This document shows positions 25,651 to 35,600 of a stretch of DNA of 63,793 bases, piece by piece (position 1 is the stretch's first letter; each line of letters opens with the position of its first letter). The DNA lies in the IMG/VR virus record IMGVR_UViG_3300042860_002533, positions 1-63,793 of that record. One strand, written 5' to 3'. Both the position numbers and the translations under genes were made by a program. The notes below the pieces were generated by a model that saw only the letters and a program-made list of their open reading frames with translations, did not search any database and was not told where the DNA came from. The DNA is from a virus (taxonomy: Duplodnaviria > Caudoviricetes).

Positions 25651-28293
25651 TTACCAAGTTGTAAGCGGTGCGCGTTTCCACACATTCGTTGCCACGCACA
25701 CATAATGAAAATTGCTGTCATAGGCTTCCTGGCCCGCAGTACCCGGCGCGTTTGCGTTAACGGGAACAGAAGCCCACGACCTAGCCCCAATCACCTGGGC
25801 GACAGTATGGGTGTGACCTTTAACCTCGACCTGCACGCCGTCAGCCCGCACCACCCCAGCGCCACGGGCACTGAGTTCCAGCGGCACATCCGCATCTGAT
25901 CCGGTTGCCAAAATGGTGGGAGCGCCGCCAGCTACAGCCCCGCTGAACCGCAGAAAGTTCACCGCCGACGTGACAGCCGAAAACTGGGCGCAGTTCGTTG
26001 CACCTGGGCTGACGAAAATTGTGGACGTACCCTTGGATTCGACGGACAGACCGATATCGGCCGCTGGCCCCGCCGCATCAATACGGGGCGAGCCAGCGCT
26101 GTTGCGGATTCGCACATGGTTGACGGGATCGCCAGGCCCATTGGGAAATTCGACCGCAGTTTTTCCGTTGTTGTCGTAGATCGTTGCGAGGCGCATACCG
26201 TTTAACAGGTCACGCTCATCAACAAACACGTTACTGCCGAGTGTTGCGCCGCCGGATAAAGAGTTTCTGAACTCAGCAGGGCAATTCCTGACGGTGTTGC
26301 CCGTCATCGACAGATTATCAACGGTCTTGCCTGCCCCGTTAGCCGTCAGAGCAACCGCTGAGTTGCCCAGGTTTGAGAACTGGTTGCCCGTAATTGCAAC
26401 CCCATTGGCAGAGTTCTCCATCTGAAGTCCAACGCTATTAGCCTTTGAACCGCCGTCAAGAATGTTGCCCGACACAGCCACACTGTTTGTCGCACCGGCA
26501 AAAAACAACGGCCGATCAGCAACAACGGTGTTACCGGATACGGTGCTATTCGTCACCGTAGCACCACGCCCACCGACAATGATTCCCCAGGTATCAGCGC
26601 CAGCAGTGAAACCACCTATAGTGTTGTTGCTGATCGTCAGATGGTTGACCTGAGTAACGCTCGGCCCTGCGGTGCAACTGATCCCGCAGCCGTAAGGCTC
26701 CGGTGGTTCAATCCCTCCCTGGTCAATGACGTTTCCGGTTACCGTGCAGTAATCCAGGTTAATCCCGGCGCTCGGAATCTCAATGCCGTAGGTACTGAAC
26801 CTGCGGATCGAATTGTTGCTAATAACGGCCCTGCGAGGCGAACCACACGTAATTCCGAATAAGCCGCCAGTAATGACATTGCTGTCAATGATCCAGCTTT
26901 CCCCGTACATGACGGAGATACCCACTGAAACATTGTCTATCGTCTGCGAACCCTCCCCCCCTGCGTTTGGGCCTAACGCCCCGCCAATCGGCAGCCGGAT
27001 GACATTGCGGCTCACAATGATGTTCGACGGTGTCCATGTTCGCCGTCCTATTTCCCCGCCTTCCCCACGTATCACAATTCCGACGTGATACAAACCGCCG
27101 TTTTCTGCGTCAATGAAATTGTCGGAAACAACAATGTCTTTGATGAACTCGCCCGAATCGTAAATACATATGCTAGCTCCACCGAAGTCAATCAATTTGT
27201 TGTTAGTAACGGTGAGCCGGTTGCAGCCCTCGCCCTGAATGGCGAAACCGGAACCATTCTTCGCTGTGATGTTACGAACCGTCACACCGTCAGCGTAAGA
27301 AACTGTAATGGCATGATCTGCACTCCCGGTGGACGCACTAGCGTCAAACACGCCACCATCAACAGTAACATTGTCGGCAACGATCCGTAACAGATCAGCC
27401 GACGCTGAAAGCTTCAGTATCGCCTTATCAGACAGCAACCATTTCTGCCCTTCCACGTCGGCAACCATCTGCGACACCGAATAAGTGCCGGGAGGGAAAT
27501 ACACCGTACCGCCAACACCCGCAGCGTCCCTCGCCGCGTGAACAGCAGCCAGATCATTAGCGGCACCATCACCCAACGCACCGAAATCCCTGACGTTAAA
27601 CGTCAAACGCTCAGGCAAATGCTCATCAGGAACCCTGGATTTAGCGTCCAGCACCGGAAACCCGCCAGGAACATTCTCAGGCCGATCCGGAATCGCATCC
27701 CAAGACGAAGGGCCAGGATCGCCCTTCAGACCCGACTTATCCAACGGGCTAGGAATGTCAACCCCGCCGTAACTAAACACAACCCTGCCAGCGCCGTCGA
27801 TCCGCACGCTACCAGGGGCGACCTTAATAACCCCAGACGGCGGCTGCCCAGGCTGGCGCATAACACTGATGAGATTGATTTCGGTGTCTCGTGTCGGCGC
27901 TTGGAAAGAAAATGCGGTGATAGCACCAGGCTTATTACCCAGCCGAACCTCGGAGAACGTCACCCGATAAAAGAGCGGGTCTTTCAACTCAAGGAACGGG
28001 CCGTCCGCAAGCAACCTGACAGGGGCGAACTCGGCAACACCGTCGTCGGAAAACGGGCGCATCTTGACCCGCCCATCAGCACTGTCGATGATCCCCACAA
28101 TCGGCACAGGCACATACCCGGTGGGGCGAGGATCGGCGCTCGTCGCCAGAATCACATCACCCGCCGCCAAAATCGGAGTAAAAGTCACCTTCGCTGAAAT
28201 GGGCGGCAGATCAGGATTATGGTCAGTGTCGTTAACGCTATCTTCAAGAACAGCGCGGAAATCACCCGTCACTGTAAAAAACACAGGCTTCAT
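25651..28293 (-). CDS. Tail spike / depolymerase with pectate-lyase-like beta-helix
   Basis: FNVRDFGALGDG..D, VYFPPGTY, repeated (V/I)xxN beta-helix rungs. Confidence 0.88.
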   Translation of the reverse strand: MKPVFFTVTGDFRAVLEDSVNDTDHNPDLPPISAKVTFTPILAAGDVILATSADPRPTGYVPVPIVGIIDSADGRVKMRPFSDDGVAEFAPVRLLADGPFLELKDPLFYRVTFSEVRLGNKPGAITAFSFQAPTRDTEINLISVMRQPGQPPSGVIKVAPGSVRIDGAGRVVFSYGGVDIPSPLDKSGLKGDPGPSSWDAIPDRPENVPGGFPVLDAKSRVPDEHLPERLTFNVRDFGALGDGAANDLAAVHAARDAAGVGGTVYFPPGTYSVSQMVADVEGQKWLLSDKAILKLSASADLLRIVADNVTVDGGVFDASASTGSADHAITVSYADGVTVRNITAKNGSGFAIQGEGCNRLTVTNNKLIDFGGASICIYDSGEFIKDIVVSDNFIDAENGGLYHVGIVIRGEGGEIGRRTWTPSNIIVSRNVIRLPIGGALGPNAGGEGSQTIDNVSVGISVMYGESWIIDSNVITGGLFGITCGSPRRAVISNNSIRRFSTYGIEIPSAGINLDYCTVTGNVIDQGGIEPPEPYGCGISCTAGPSVTQVNHLTISNNTIGGFTAGADTWGIIVGGRGATVTNSTVSGNTVVADRPLFFAGATNSVAVSGNILDGGSKANSVGLQMENSANGVAITGNQFSNLGNSAVALTANGAGKTVDNLSMTGNTVRNCPAEFRNSLSGGATLGSNVFVDERDLLNGMRLATIYDNNGKTAVEFPNGPGDPVNHVRIRNSAGSPRIDAAGPAADIGLSVESKGTSTIFVSPGATNCAQFSAVTSAVNFLRFSGAVAGGAPTILATGSDADVPLELSARGAGVVRADGVQVEVKGHTHTVAQVIGARSWASVPVNANAPGTAGQEAYDSNFHYVCVATNVWKRAPLTTW

Positions 28294-28343
28294 CAGTAAC
28301 CTCTTGCAATCGTAAGCCCAACAAGCTTCGTCATCGTTTCCTT

Positions 28344-29537
28344 CTAAGTCTTAGGGACGTTATCGGACACAGTCACCGAATTAATAGAACTGGGCTTCAA
28401 ATTGCCCTGCGAGATACCGCCGAATCCCCACCCGGTATTAGCATCCAGAACAGCAGTCCTATCCGCCAAATCTGCATGAACTAAAACAACCTGACTGTTC
28501 CGCAACACCCGATAAACCCGCAAACCATCCGCAGTCCCACACTCAAGCGTGTACGCCGAAGCCACAGAAGGGCCAGGGCAACGTCCGCTCTCAAGTTCCT
28601 GCGACGAAGCCCCAACAACCAAATGCAAAGAAACACCATCACGGTTAGCCCGCATCTCAATGAAATCCTTGCGGTCAGCCGACACCCGGCCCTGCAACAA
28701 ATCGTTCGTCTCAGCCAACAGAAAATTCTGGGCCACCTGAGTTCCCGTCACCCGGCTGATCTTCTGATACGGAGTCTTAGTGTTCCCATCAGCGGCAGCC
28801 GTCGAACGGAAATAGCGGGCCACATCCTTATCCCCAGGCAAAGGATTAGACCCCGAAACCCACTCGGCCTGATGCCCATTCTTCACAACCATCCGGCCGT
28901 CACCATTCAACTCCTGCACCCAGCCACGGCTCGACCACTCAGGCGCAGAATCAATCACCAAAGAAGTCTCAAAATCATCGCCGCCGTTAATGCCCTGAGG
29001 AATCCCCATCGCCGTCAACTCGGCCCGCAACTGCTGAATCAAAGTCTGATTTGAAATAATCGTCGCAGCCAACTCCTGAATCTCAGAAGTCGTCAAAGAC
29101 GTAGTTCCATCCTCGCCGCCAAGATCAATACCCAAAGCGCCAAGAGTCTGATTCAAGAAGTCCTGCCACTTATCCAACCCCAACTTCTTCGCTAATTCCT
29201 CAAAGAAATCGGCAACCTTCTCCGCAATATCAGCGAACTTGTTCACCAGATCAGTGAAGAACTCGCCAATGTCCTCAAGTGTTCCGCCCACCGAACCGGA
29301 CAAGACCGCAGCCAGCTTCTCAATGAACTCAGTGAGCGACTTAAAGCCACCCATCAAACCGTCAAACAAAGACGTTTGAGCGAACTCCCAAGAACTATTC
29401 AACTCAAGACCCTTGAGGTAATGATCCTCAACCCGGCCCCTCGTGCGATCCTGCAAACCGGAAAGAGTGTCCTGAGACACCCACTCCCGCATCCACCCAC
29501 CAGGCTCAATGCCGGTAGACCCCTGCGGCATCGTCAC
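28344..29537 (-). CDS. Minor tail protein
   Basis: MTMPQG start typical of mycobacteriophage minor tails; position. Confidence 0.8.
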   Translation of the reverse strand: MTMPQGSTGIEPGGWMREWVSQDTLSGLQDRTRGRVEDHYLKGLELNSSWEFAQTSLFDGLMGGFKSLTEFIEKLAAVLSGSVGGTLEDIGEFFTDLVNKFADIAEKVADFFEELAKKLGLDKWQDFLNQTLGALGIDLGGEDGTTSLTTSEIQELAATIISNQTLIQQLRAELTAMGIPQGINGGDDFETSLVIDSAPEWSSRGWVQELNGDGRMVVKNGHQAEWVSGSNPLPGDKDVARYFRSTAAADGNTKTPYQKISRVTGTQVAQNFLLAETNDLLQGRVSADRKDFIEMRANRDGVSLHLVVGASSQELESGRCPGPSVASAYTLECGTADGLRVYRVLRNSQVVLVHADLADRTAVLDANTGWGFGGISQGNLKPSSINSVTVSDNVPKT

Positions 29538-29998
29538 AGCGAACCGTCCCCCCTCCGCAGCCGCTCAGTAGCAGCCTTCAGCCGCTCCATAGCCGACAGC
29601 AACTCCTCGGCCTGCTCCTGAATGAACTGATCCCGGTTCTCCGGAGTGACCTTGCTCAGCTTCTCCGCGACGGCCGGGAACTGGTCAATCAGCATCTCCG
29701 CAGCCAAAGCAGTCAACTTCTCAGGCTCCTTATCGGTCACACCCAAAGCCAGCAAGTTGCGATCCGGCCCTGGATACTCGGGCACCCACTTCGTTTGCAG
29801 ATCGGCGTGATGCCGAAACCCGAAATCCCACAACATTTGACTCAACGCCGGGAAACACGGCGCAGGAATCAAAGGCTGGTTACCGAACCGATCACCGCGA
29901 GGATCAGGCACACCAGCCGCGAACGCCCACGCCGCGAACTCGGCGGGATTCTCCATGTCACTTTCATGCTGACGATTAGGCATCACATAACTCCCCAC
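29534..29998 (-). CDS. Minor tail protein (DUF2744-like)
   Basis: P.E..AWA...SQMLWDFGFRHH..LQ. Confidence 0.8.
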   Translation of the reverse strand: MGSYVMPNRQHESDMENPAEFAAWAFAAGVPDPRGDRFGNQPLIPAPCFPALSQMLWDFGFRHHADLQTKWVPEYPGPDRNLLALGVTDKEPEKLTALAAEMLIDQFPAVAEKLSKVTPENRDQFIQEQAEELLSAMERLKAATERLRRGDGSL

Positions 29999-30008
29999 TG
30001 CTCATAAA

Positions 30009-31727
30009 TCAACCCTGAATGAGCGAAATTCCAACATTGTTAGCGGCCTCGCTGATCTTCTTCGTCAAGCGTGCAAGGCGTTCACCCAACGACAACGCAC
30101 GCTCACTGCGGCCCGCCTTGATCGTCCAAGCGTAAGGCTGCTCACTGCCCATAGTGTTATCCCAACTAGGAACCATTTCCTCAAGCTGGTTAACCCAGAT
30201 AATGTCCTCAAGACCCTTAGAGTCCAAAGTGGAACCAATGCGATGCCCAATATCGGCATGAACACCCGGTATGACCCAAGAGTCATGCAGTTCCATCACA
30301 TGAGCCGTTTCCGACTTGCCCACCAAAAAGCCGCCACGCAACGCAGCCACCGCAGACAGCGACCAAGAATTAGCCTCAGCGCCGGTCTGGAACGCCTCAA
30401 CGTAATGCACCCAGCCAAGCTCCTTAGCCCGACCAGAGTTACGCCAATAAAGCCACGCCGCAATAGTTCCGACAAGGAAAGGCATCACCACATCAGAAAT
30501 AATTGTACCAATTGACGAGAAAAGAATCAGCGCACCCAAAAGGTTGCCGATAGTCTCAATGGTCAACTTAGCAATAGCATCCGCAGCCGGGTTATCGCCA
30601 CCCACACACACAGCAACATTCTTCGACGGACCCCACGACAACGAAGAAGAATTAATGGGTGTCCACTCATTGTCACGAATCACCAGCCACGGCTGGCGGG
30701 CCACAGTGCCCAAGAAACCATTCTGGAAATACTCATCCGGAGCTAACCCAGAATCCTCGCTGACCGCATTGAACAAATCCTCAACGAAACCCGACCCGTA
30801 CTGGATCGTGGAACGCACCATGCCGTCGATGACCGTTCCCGACAAGAACGTGCCCTCAAGTGCGCTGACGTTGCTGTTATCCACAACCTCAAACACCAGG
30901 GCGCAATTCTTGACATTCTGCACAAACGGATTAGGTGAACATGTCTCACCGTCGTCGGTCACAATTCTTCGGTACTGCACAGATAACTGCGCATCATCTA
31001 ATGAGTCCGCGATTACGGCATCGACGGGATTCATTCTTGAGGACAAGAAAGTCCACAATGAAGAATCGCCCACAAACGTCGGAGCCTTAATGTGCATCTG
31101 CCAATCAGACCAATCCCACAAATCATCCCAAGACTCATAATCAAACGGGTCGTCAGGCAGCATCCAGTTATTGCCCTCATTGCGGGCGATCTGGATGAAA
31201 ATAAGTTGACTTATGCACCAGCGAGCAGGCCCAGCCAGCGCAAAAATTCGTGGAAATTGAAAAACCGGAATTGGCAACACAGGGTTAGGTGGAACCAGAA
31301 GGTACTGCAAAAAAGTCAAGTCGTCCTGAAATGAAACCTCAAGAGTTTTGATGCCGTCTTTTTTCTTGACTTCCCACTTATCTAGAATACCCGACCAGCG
31401 TTTCGCCCCACCGTAAAAATCGACCGTGATAATCACGTTCTTACGCAGCGCAGGATCATTCGGAAGCTTCTTCAACCACATCGCAATGTAATGCTCGTCC
31501 CGAATCTCAAACATCCCCTCACAAGGAGTGTTGTTCTTAAACGGAAACGAACCGCGAATCGTGTCATCAAAATCCACGCGGCCCACATACTTCGCCCCAG
31601 CCACAGAAGGATCAGGGTCATTCATCCACAAACGAATAAGAGGCTTCGCATACCGCAGCGAACGGTGAGACTTCCTGATATCCTCGCACTGCAACTCAGC
31701 AACACTTAAAGCATCCAACAATCTCAC
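30009..31727 (-). CDS. Minor tail (baseplate hub) protein
   Basis: PLIRLW, RWSG, PNP.LP..FQFPR motifs; second gene after tape measure. Confidence 0.88.
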   Translation of the reverse strand: MRLLDALSVAELQCEDIRKSHRSLRYAKPLIRLWMNDPDPSVAGAKYVGRVDFDDTIRGSFPFKNNTPCEGMFEIRDEHYIAMWLKKLPNDPALRKNVIITVDFYGGAKRWSGILDKWEVKKKDGIKTLEVSFQDDLTFLQYLLVPPNPVLPIPVFQFPRIFALAGPARWCISQLIFIQIARNEGNNWMLPDDPFDYESWDDLWDWSDWQMHIKAPTFVGDSSLWTFLSSRMNPVDAVIADSLDDAQLSVQYRRIVTDDGETCSPNPFVQNVKNCALVFEVVDNSNVSALEGTFLSGTVIDGMVRSTIQYGSGFVEDLFNAVSEDSGLAPDEYFQNGFLGTVARQPWLVIRDNEWTPINSSSLSWGPSKNVAVCVGGDNPAADAIAKLTIETIGNLLGALILFSSIGTIISDVVMPFLVGTIAAWLYWRNSGRAKELGWVHYVEAFQTGAEANSWSLSAVAALRGGFLVGKSETAHVMELHDSWVIPGVHADIGHRIGSTLDSKGLEDIIWVNQLEEMVPSWDNTMGSEQPYAWTIKAGRSERALSLGERLARLTKKISEAANNVGISLIQG

Positions 31728-32626
31728 AGCAAACTCACCGGCCTCGACCACGGCCGCGAGAACCAACGCGGAACCACCAGACGGCACGCCGCCCCACCAT
31801 TAGCGCCAGTCACCCGAACAGGAACATCAGCCCTCTTACCCGGCTGAACCGGATACAAAAGATCATTGCCCTTCCAATGATGCTGCGCCGGATACTCATT
31901 CGCGCAAATGATAGTCTGCACACGCGGATCGGAGTCCACAACAGCGTGCGCCAAATCCGGAAGGTCCGGAATCCAAATCGTCCGACCCAAATCCAAATCC
32001 CCACGCGAATAAATGTCACTACCCCAAGAGAAATCAGGCAACACCCAGCTACCCGGCGCAGACAGCGACCAGCGCGGCCACACAGTCACGTCCCCCTGAT
32101 TATGAACAGGGAAAGTCGTCCGATCATTGTCCTTATCGGTTTCCCACTCATACAGGTCAGGTTCTTCCTGCCAATACGGGAAAACCGCAGTCACCGTCAT
32201 AACGACTTCCTCGTCGCCAGTCAGATGCGGGTCTTTATCCCCATACGACTGCGGAGCCTCAAACAGCCGAACATTAATCCACCGCACACCATCACTGGTC
32301 GTCACAACCAGCTTCGACTCGGCCTCATAATCCCAAGCCCAGCGCCACGCAGCATCAATCGAAGCCCAAGTTTCCGGATCAATGCCCTCCCCGCCGACCT
32401 GCACAGTGAAAACCATCTCGCGGCGCTGAACACGCTTACCAGCGAACTCCTCACCAAACGGGCCAGGAACATACAAAGTCTTAACCGGCGTGTCCATGAA
32501 CTGAGAAACCTTAGGCTTCAGGACCACACCCTCTTTACCCATGCCAGGGCCAGAAAGACACCAATACGAGCCGTCGCGCCCGTAAAGCTCAATCTTCAAG
32601 TACTCGCTCAATTTTCCCCTAAACAT
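31724..32626 (-). CDS. Distal tail protein
   Basis: IEL.G.DGS.W.L.G, N.GD...WPRW, WSRP motifs; follows tape measure. Confidence 0.88.
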   Translation of the reverse strand: MFRGKLSEYLKIELYGRDGSYWCLSGPGMGKEGVVLKPKVSQFMDTPVKTLYVPGPFGEEFAGKRVQRREMVFTVQVGGEGIDPETWASIDAAWRWAWDYEAESKLVVTTSDGVRWINVRLFEAPQSYGDKDPHLTGDEEVVMTVTAVFPYWQEEPDLYEWETDKDNDRTTFPVHNQGDVTVWPRWSLSAPGSWVLPDFSWGSDIYSRGDLDLGRTIWIPDLPDLAHAVVDSDPRVQTIICANEYPAQHHWKGNDLLYPVQPGKRADVPVRVTGANGGAACRLVVPRWFSRPWSRPVSLL

Positions 32627-32635
32627 GCGGAAGCA

Positions 32636-32677
32636 CCGGAAACGGCCCCTCGACCAAACGGGAGGGGCCGCTTCCGG
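32636..32677 (-). terminator. Intergenic hairpin (terminator or processing site)
   Basis: CGGCCCCTC/GAGGGGCCG stem. Confidence 0.5.
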
Positions 32678-32698
32678 ACTCTTACTTACAAAACGGAA

Positions 32699-35600
32699 CT
32701 AACGGCGAGCCAATAACGGAGAAGCGTTCTGCAACTCCTTGCGCTGCTGAATCCGGTAGAACTCATCAGGATTCGACGTAGTAACGCCACCCCAGTTATT
32801 CACCACACCAGACTGCCCGCCACCAAAACCCTCCGGATTCTTGCCATTCGGCAACATCGGAGCGCCATAAGCGCCAGCCGTGCTATTCGGTGAACCGGAC
32901 GACAAAGTGCCAACCATCAACGAGGACAACACATTCACCGCACCAGAAACCGCGCCACCGATAGCCGCAGCAGTGCCGCTGACCAAAGAACCAGCACCCG
33001 AAGCGGCAGGGCCAATAGCCGCACCAGCGCCAGGAGCGCCACCCGCAGCAGCGCCAGCCCCAGCAGCAGCACCGGCAATCGAAATCGCCGTACTGATAGC
33101 CCCACCAATAGCCGCCGCAGTTCCCTGAATCGCCCCATCCACAGCAGACAGATTGTGATTCAGGTTCTTCGGCGCAGCACCCAAAACGGCACGCGGATCA
33201 GTAGTGGGATCGCCACCCTCAGGAGCCGCAGCACCTTCCAGGCCACCGGAAGCGCCACCAACCGCCGCACCTAGCTGCCCCGCAATATCCGCAGCCTGCT
33301 TGAGAGGATCGCTCGCAGCAGGATCAACCGGGTCACCCGCTTCAGGTGTTGTTGCCTGAAGCGGAGCCTGGTCAGCGGGTACGGCACCTGTAGGTGCGTC
33401 GGGGGGAGCTTGCATAGGAGCAGCGGCAGGTGCAGGCGGCGGTGGCGGCGGGGCCGCTTTAACTGGCGCAGGAAGCGGAACCGGAACAACAGGCGGAACA
33501 ACACCACCGGAAGCAAACTTCGGCAACGTCCCAGAATTAATGGCCTGCAACAAGCCAAGATTCTTGCCGACCTCGGAAGCCTTAACGATGAACTCGCCGT
33601 TAGACACCCGCGCCAGAATCGAATCAGAAGTGCCAGTACCAGGTCCGCTAATCGAACCGCCCTGAGCGTAACCCTTATTGTTACGCCACCCAACACCCTT
33701 CCAATTCACACCACCACCAGGAATAACCCCATACTTCGGGGAAGCCAGGTAGTCCACCATCGCGTAAATCTGTGCGACAGGATCGCGCAAATCGCCGCCA
33801 GTGACGTTGTGCTTGGCGAAAGTCTCCGGAAGGAACTGGCCCAAGCCGAACACCTGCTGAGTTCCGCCCTTGCCGTCCGAATCATTCAGATTGTCGACGT
33901 TAGGATTGCCCCGAGACTCAAGGTTGATCTGACCAATAATGTCATCTTCCCAAGCCTTCAGGTTCGTGATCCCATACTTCTGAGCCACGTTATTCAACAC
34001 AGCCTGAACAACAGGTCGCCACTGCTCGGCACCCTTGCTCGGATCATAAGCGGCAGCCGGACCTTGAGTTGGGTCGTAACCGGAACCGGCACCCTGCCCC
34101 TGGATCATCTGCTGGGCCTGAATCGCAACATCCCGCAGAGCCTCAAGAGCATTGAACTGAGAACCGCTAGCCGACGCTTCCTGATACCTCTTGTAGTAAT
34201 CCGCCTGGGCCGCAGCGGGAAGCTGACCGAACTGTGCGCTCTGAATAACCTCACCGACAGTCGGATCGGCAGGCAACGAAGCCAAAGGATCAAACTGCTC
34301 GGCATCAGCCTGCCCAGGATCAAACAAGTCAGCGATACCACCGCCAACATCACCCATCACCGCGTTCGCGGCGTTGACAATCTGCGAAAAATCCAAACCG
34401 AAGAACGAGCCAACAAACTGCAAAGCAATCTGACCGGCGTTCTTGACAAGGTTCTCAATGATGTTCGACCACGAACTTGAAACAATCTTGATGTAGTTCT
34501 GCAAAAGCTGTTCGCCAGTAATCGGCTGCTGAACAGCCGCGCCACCAACATCAAGACCACTGCCAAACGTGTACTGCGGCAACCCAACACCCGCAGGAGT
34601 CAACCCCAAAGGCATGTTCGACGGCGAAGTGCCCACCAAACCAGGCGCAAGCGAATTGAGCCACCGCGAAACAGCGTCAGGAATAGGGATGCCACCGATG
34701 GAGTTACCGCCACCCGCCTGCTGCTTCTGCAACTTCTCAAGCGCACCAGGCTTCCACGCAATATGAACATGGTCGCCGTGATAGCCAGCCTGCGCCAGCG
34801 TGTACGGGCTTCCCGGCTGACCAATAGCCGGAACGATCTTGCCGTCAATCACGTTGTACGGAATGCCGGAATAGATAAGCTCCGAAATGTACGGGGCGTA
34901 ATTCCTAACCATATCCGTAGCGAACGAATTCATTTCAGGAGTCGGCGGACCCCACTGCACCTGATTGCTGTAATCGCCAGCCTGACCAGTCGAATGATAC
35001 GAACCAGCTTCGGGACGGTACCCAGAAGTAACGGAAAGCCCATACCTCGCCGCATTTTTCGCGCCAAAGTTGACCTCAGCAGTGACCCCAGGAACCTGCT
35101 GATACGCAATCGGAGCCGCGTTCAGCAGACCACTATTAGTGGGTGGCTTGGGTCCGGTGAAACCGGCCTCAGCGGGCAAAGGCGCACCCGTAGGCTTAAC
35201 CGGAGCAGGAGCCTTAACCGGACTCGGCGGTGAGGACACCGCAGGAGAGGAAACCGGAGAACTCGCAGGCGTAGGCTTAGGAGCCGCAGGCATCGGCTTC
35301 GGAGCCGCAGGCATCGGCGCAGGAGCCGCAGCAGGCGCAGGAGTCGCAGCAGGCGCAGGAGTCGCAGCAGGAGCAGGAGTCGCAGCAGGAGCAGGCGCAC
35401 CCACCCCATACAACGCACCCAAACTAGCCGAACTACCCAAACCGCCAACAGCCTTCGTCGTCCCCCCAGGATTGGGAGAGGGCGAAGGAACAGGCGGCGA
35501 CTGCGGGAACAGCCAATTCAAGCCGCCAGTGCTGAAATTCGGGTAGTCAAGCGCACCGCTATTCAGCTTCTCCAACAACGGCAAATTCTGGCGAGTCGAA

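Noticed and set aside
23984-25760. Diversity-generating retroelement acting on tail fibre C-termini
   Set aside because: No reverse transcriptase gene and no near-identical template/variable repeat pair
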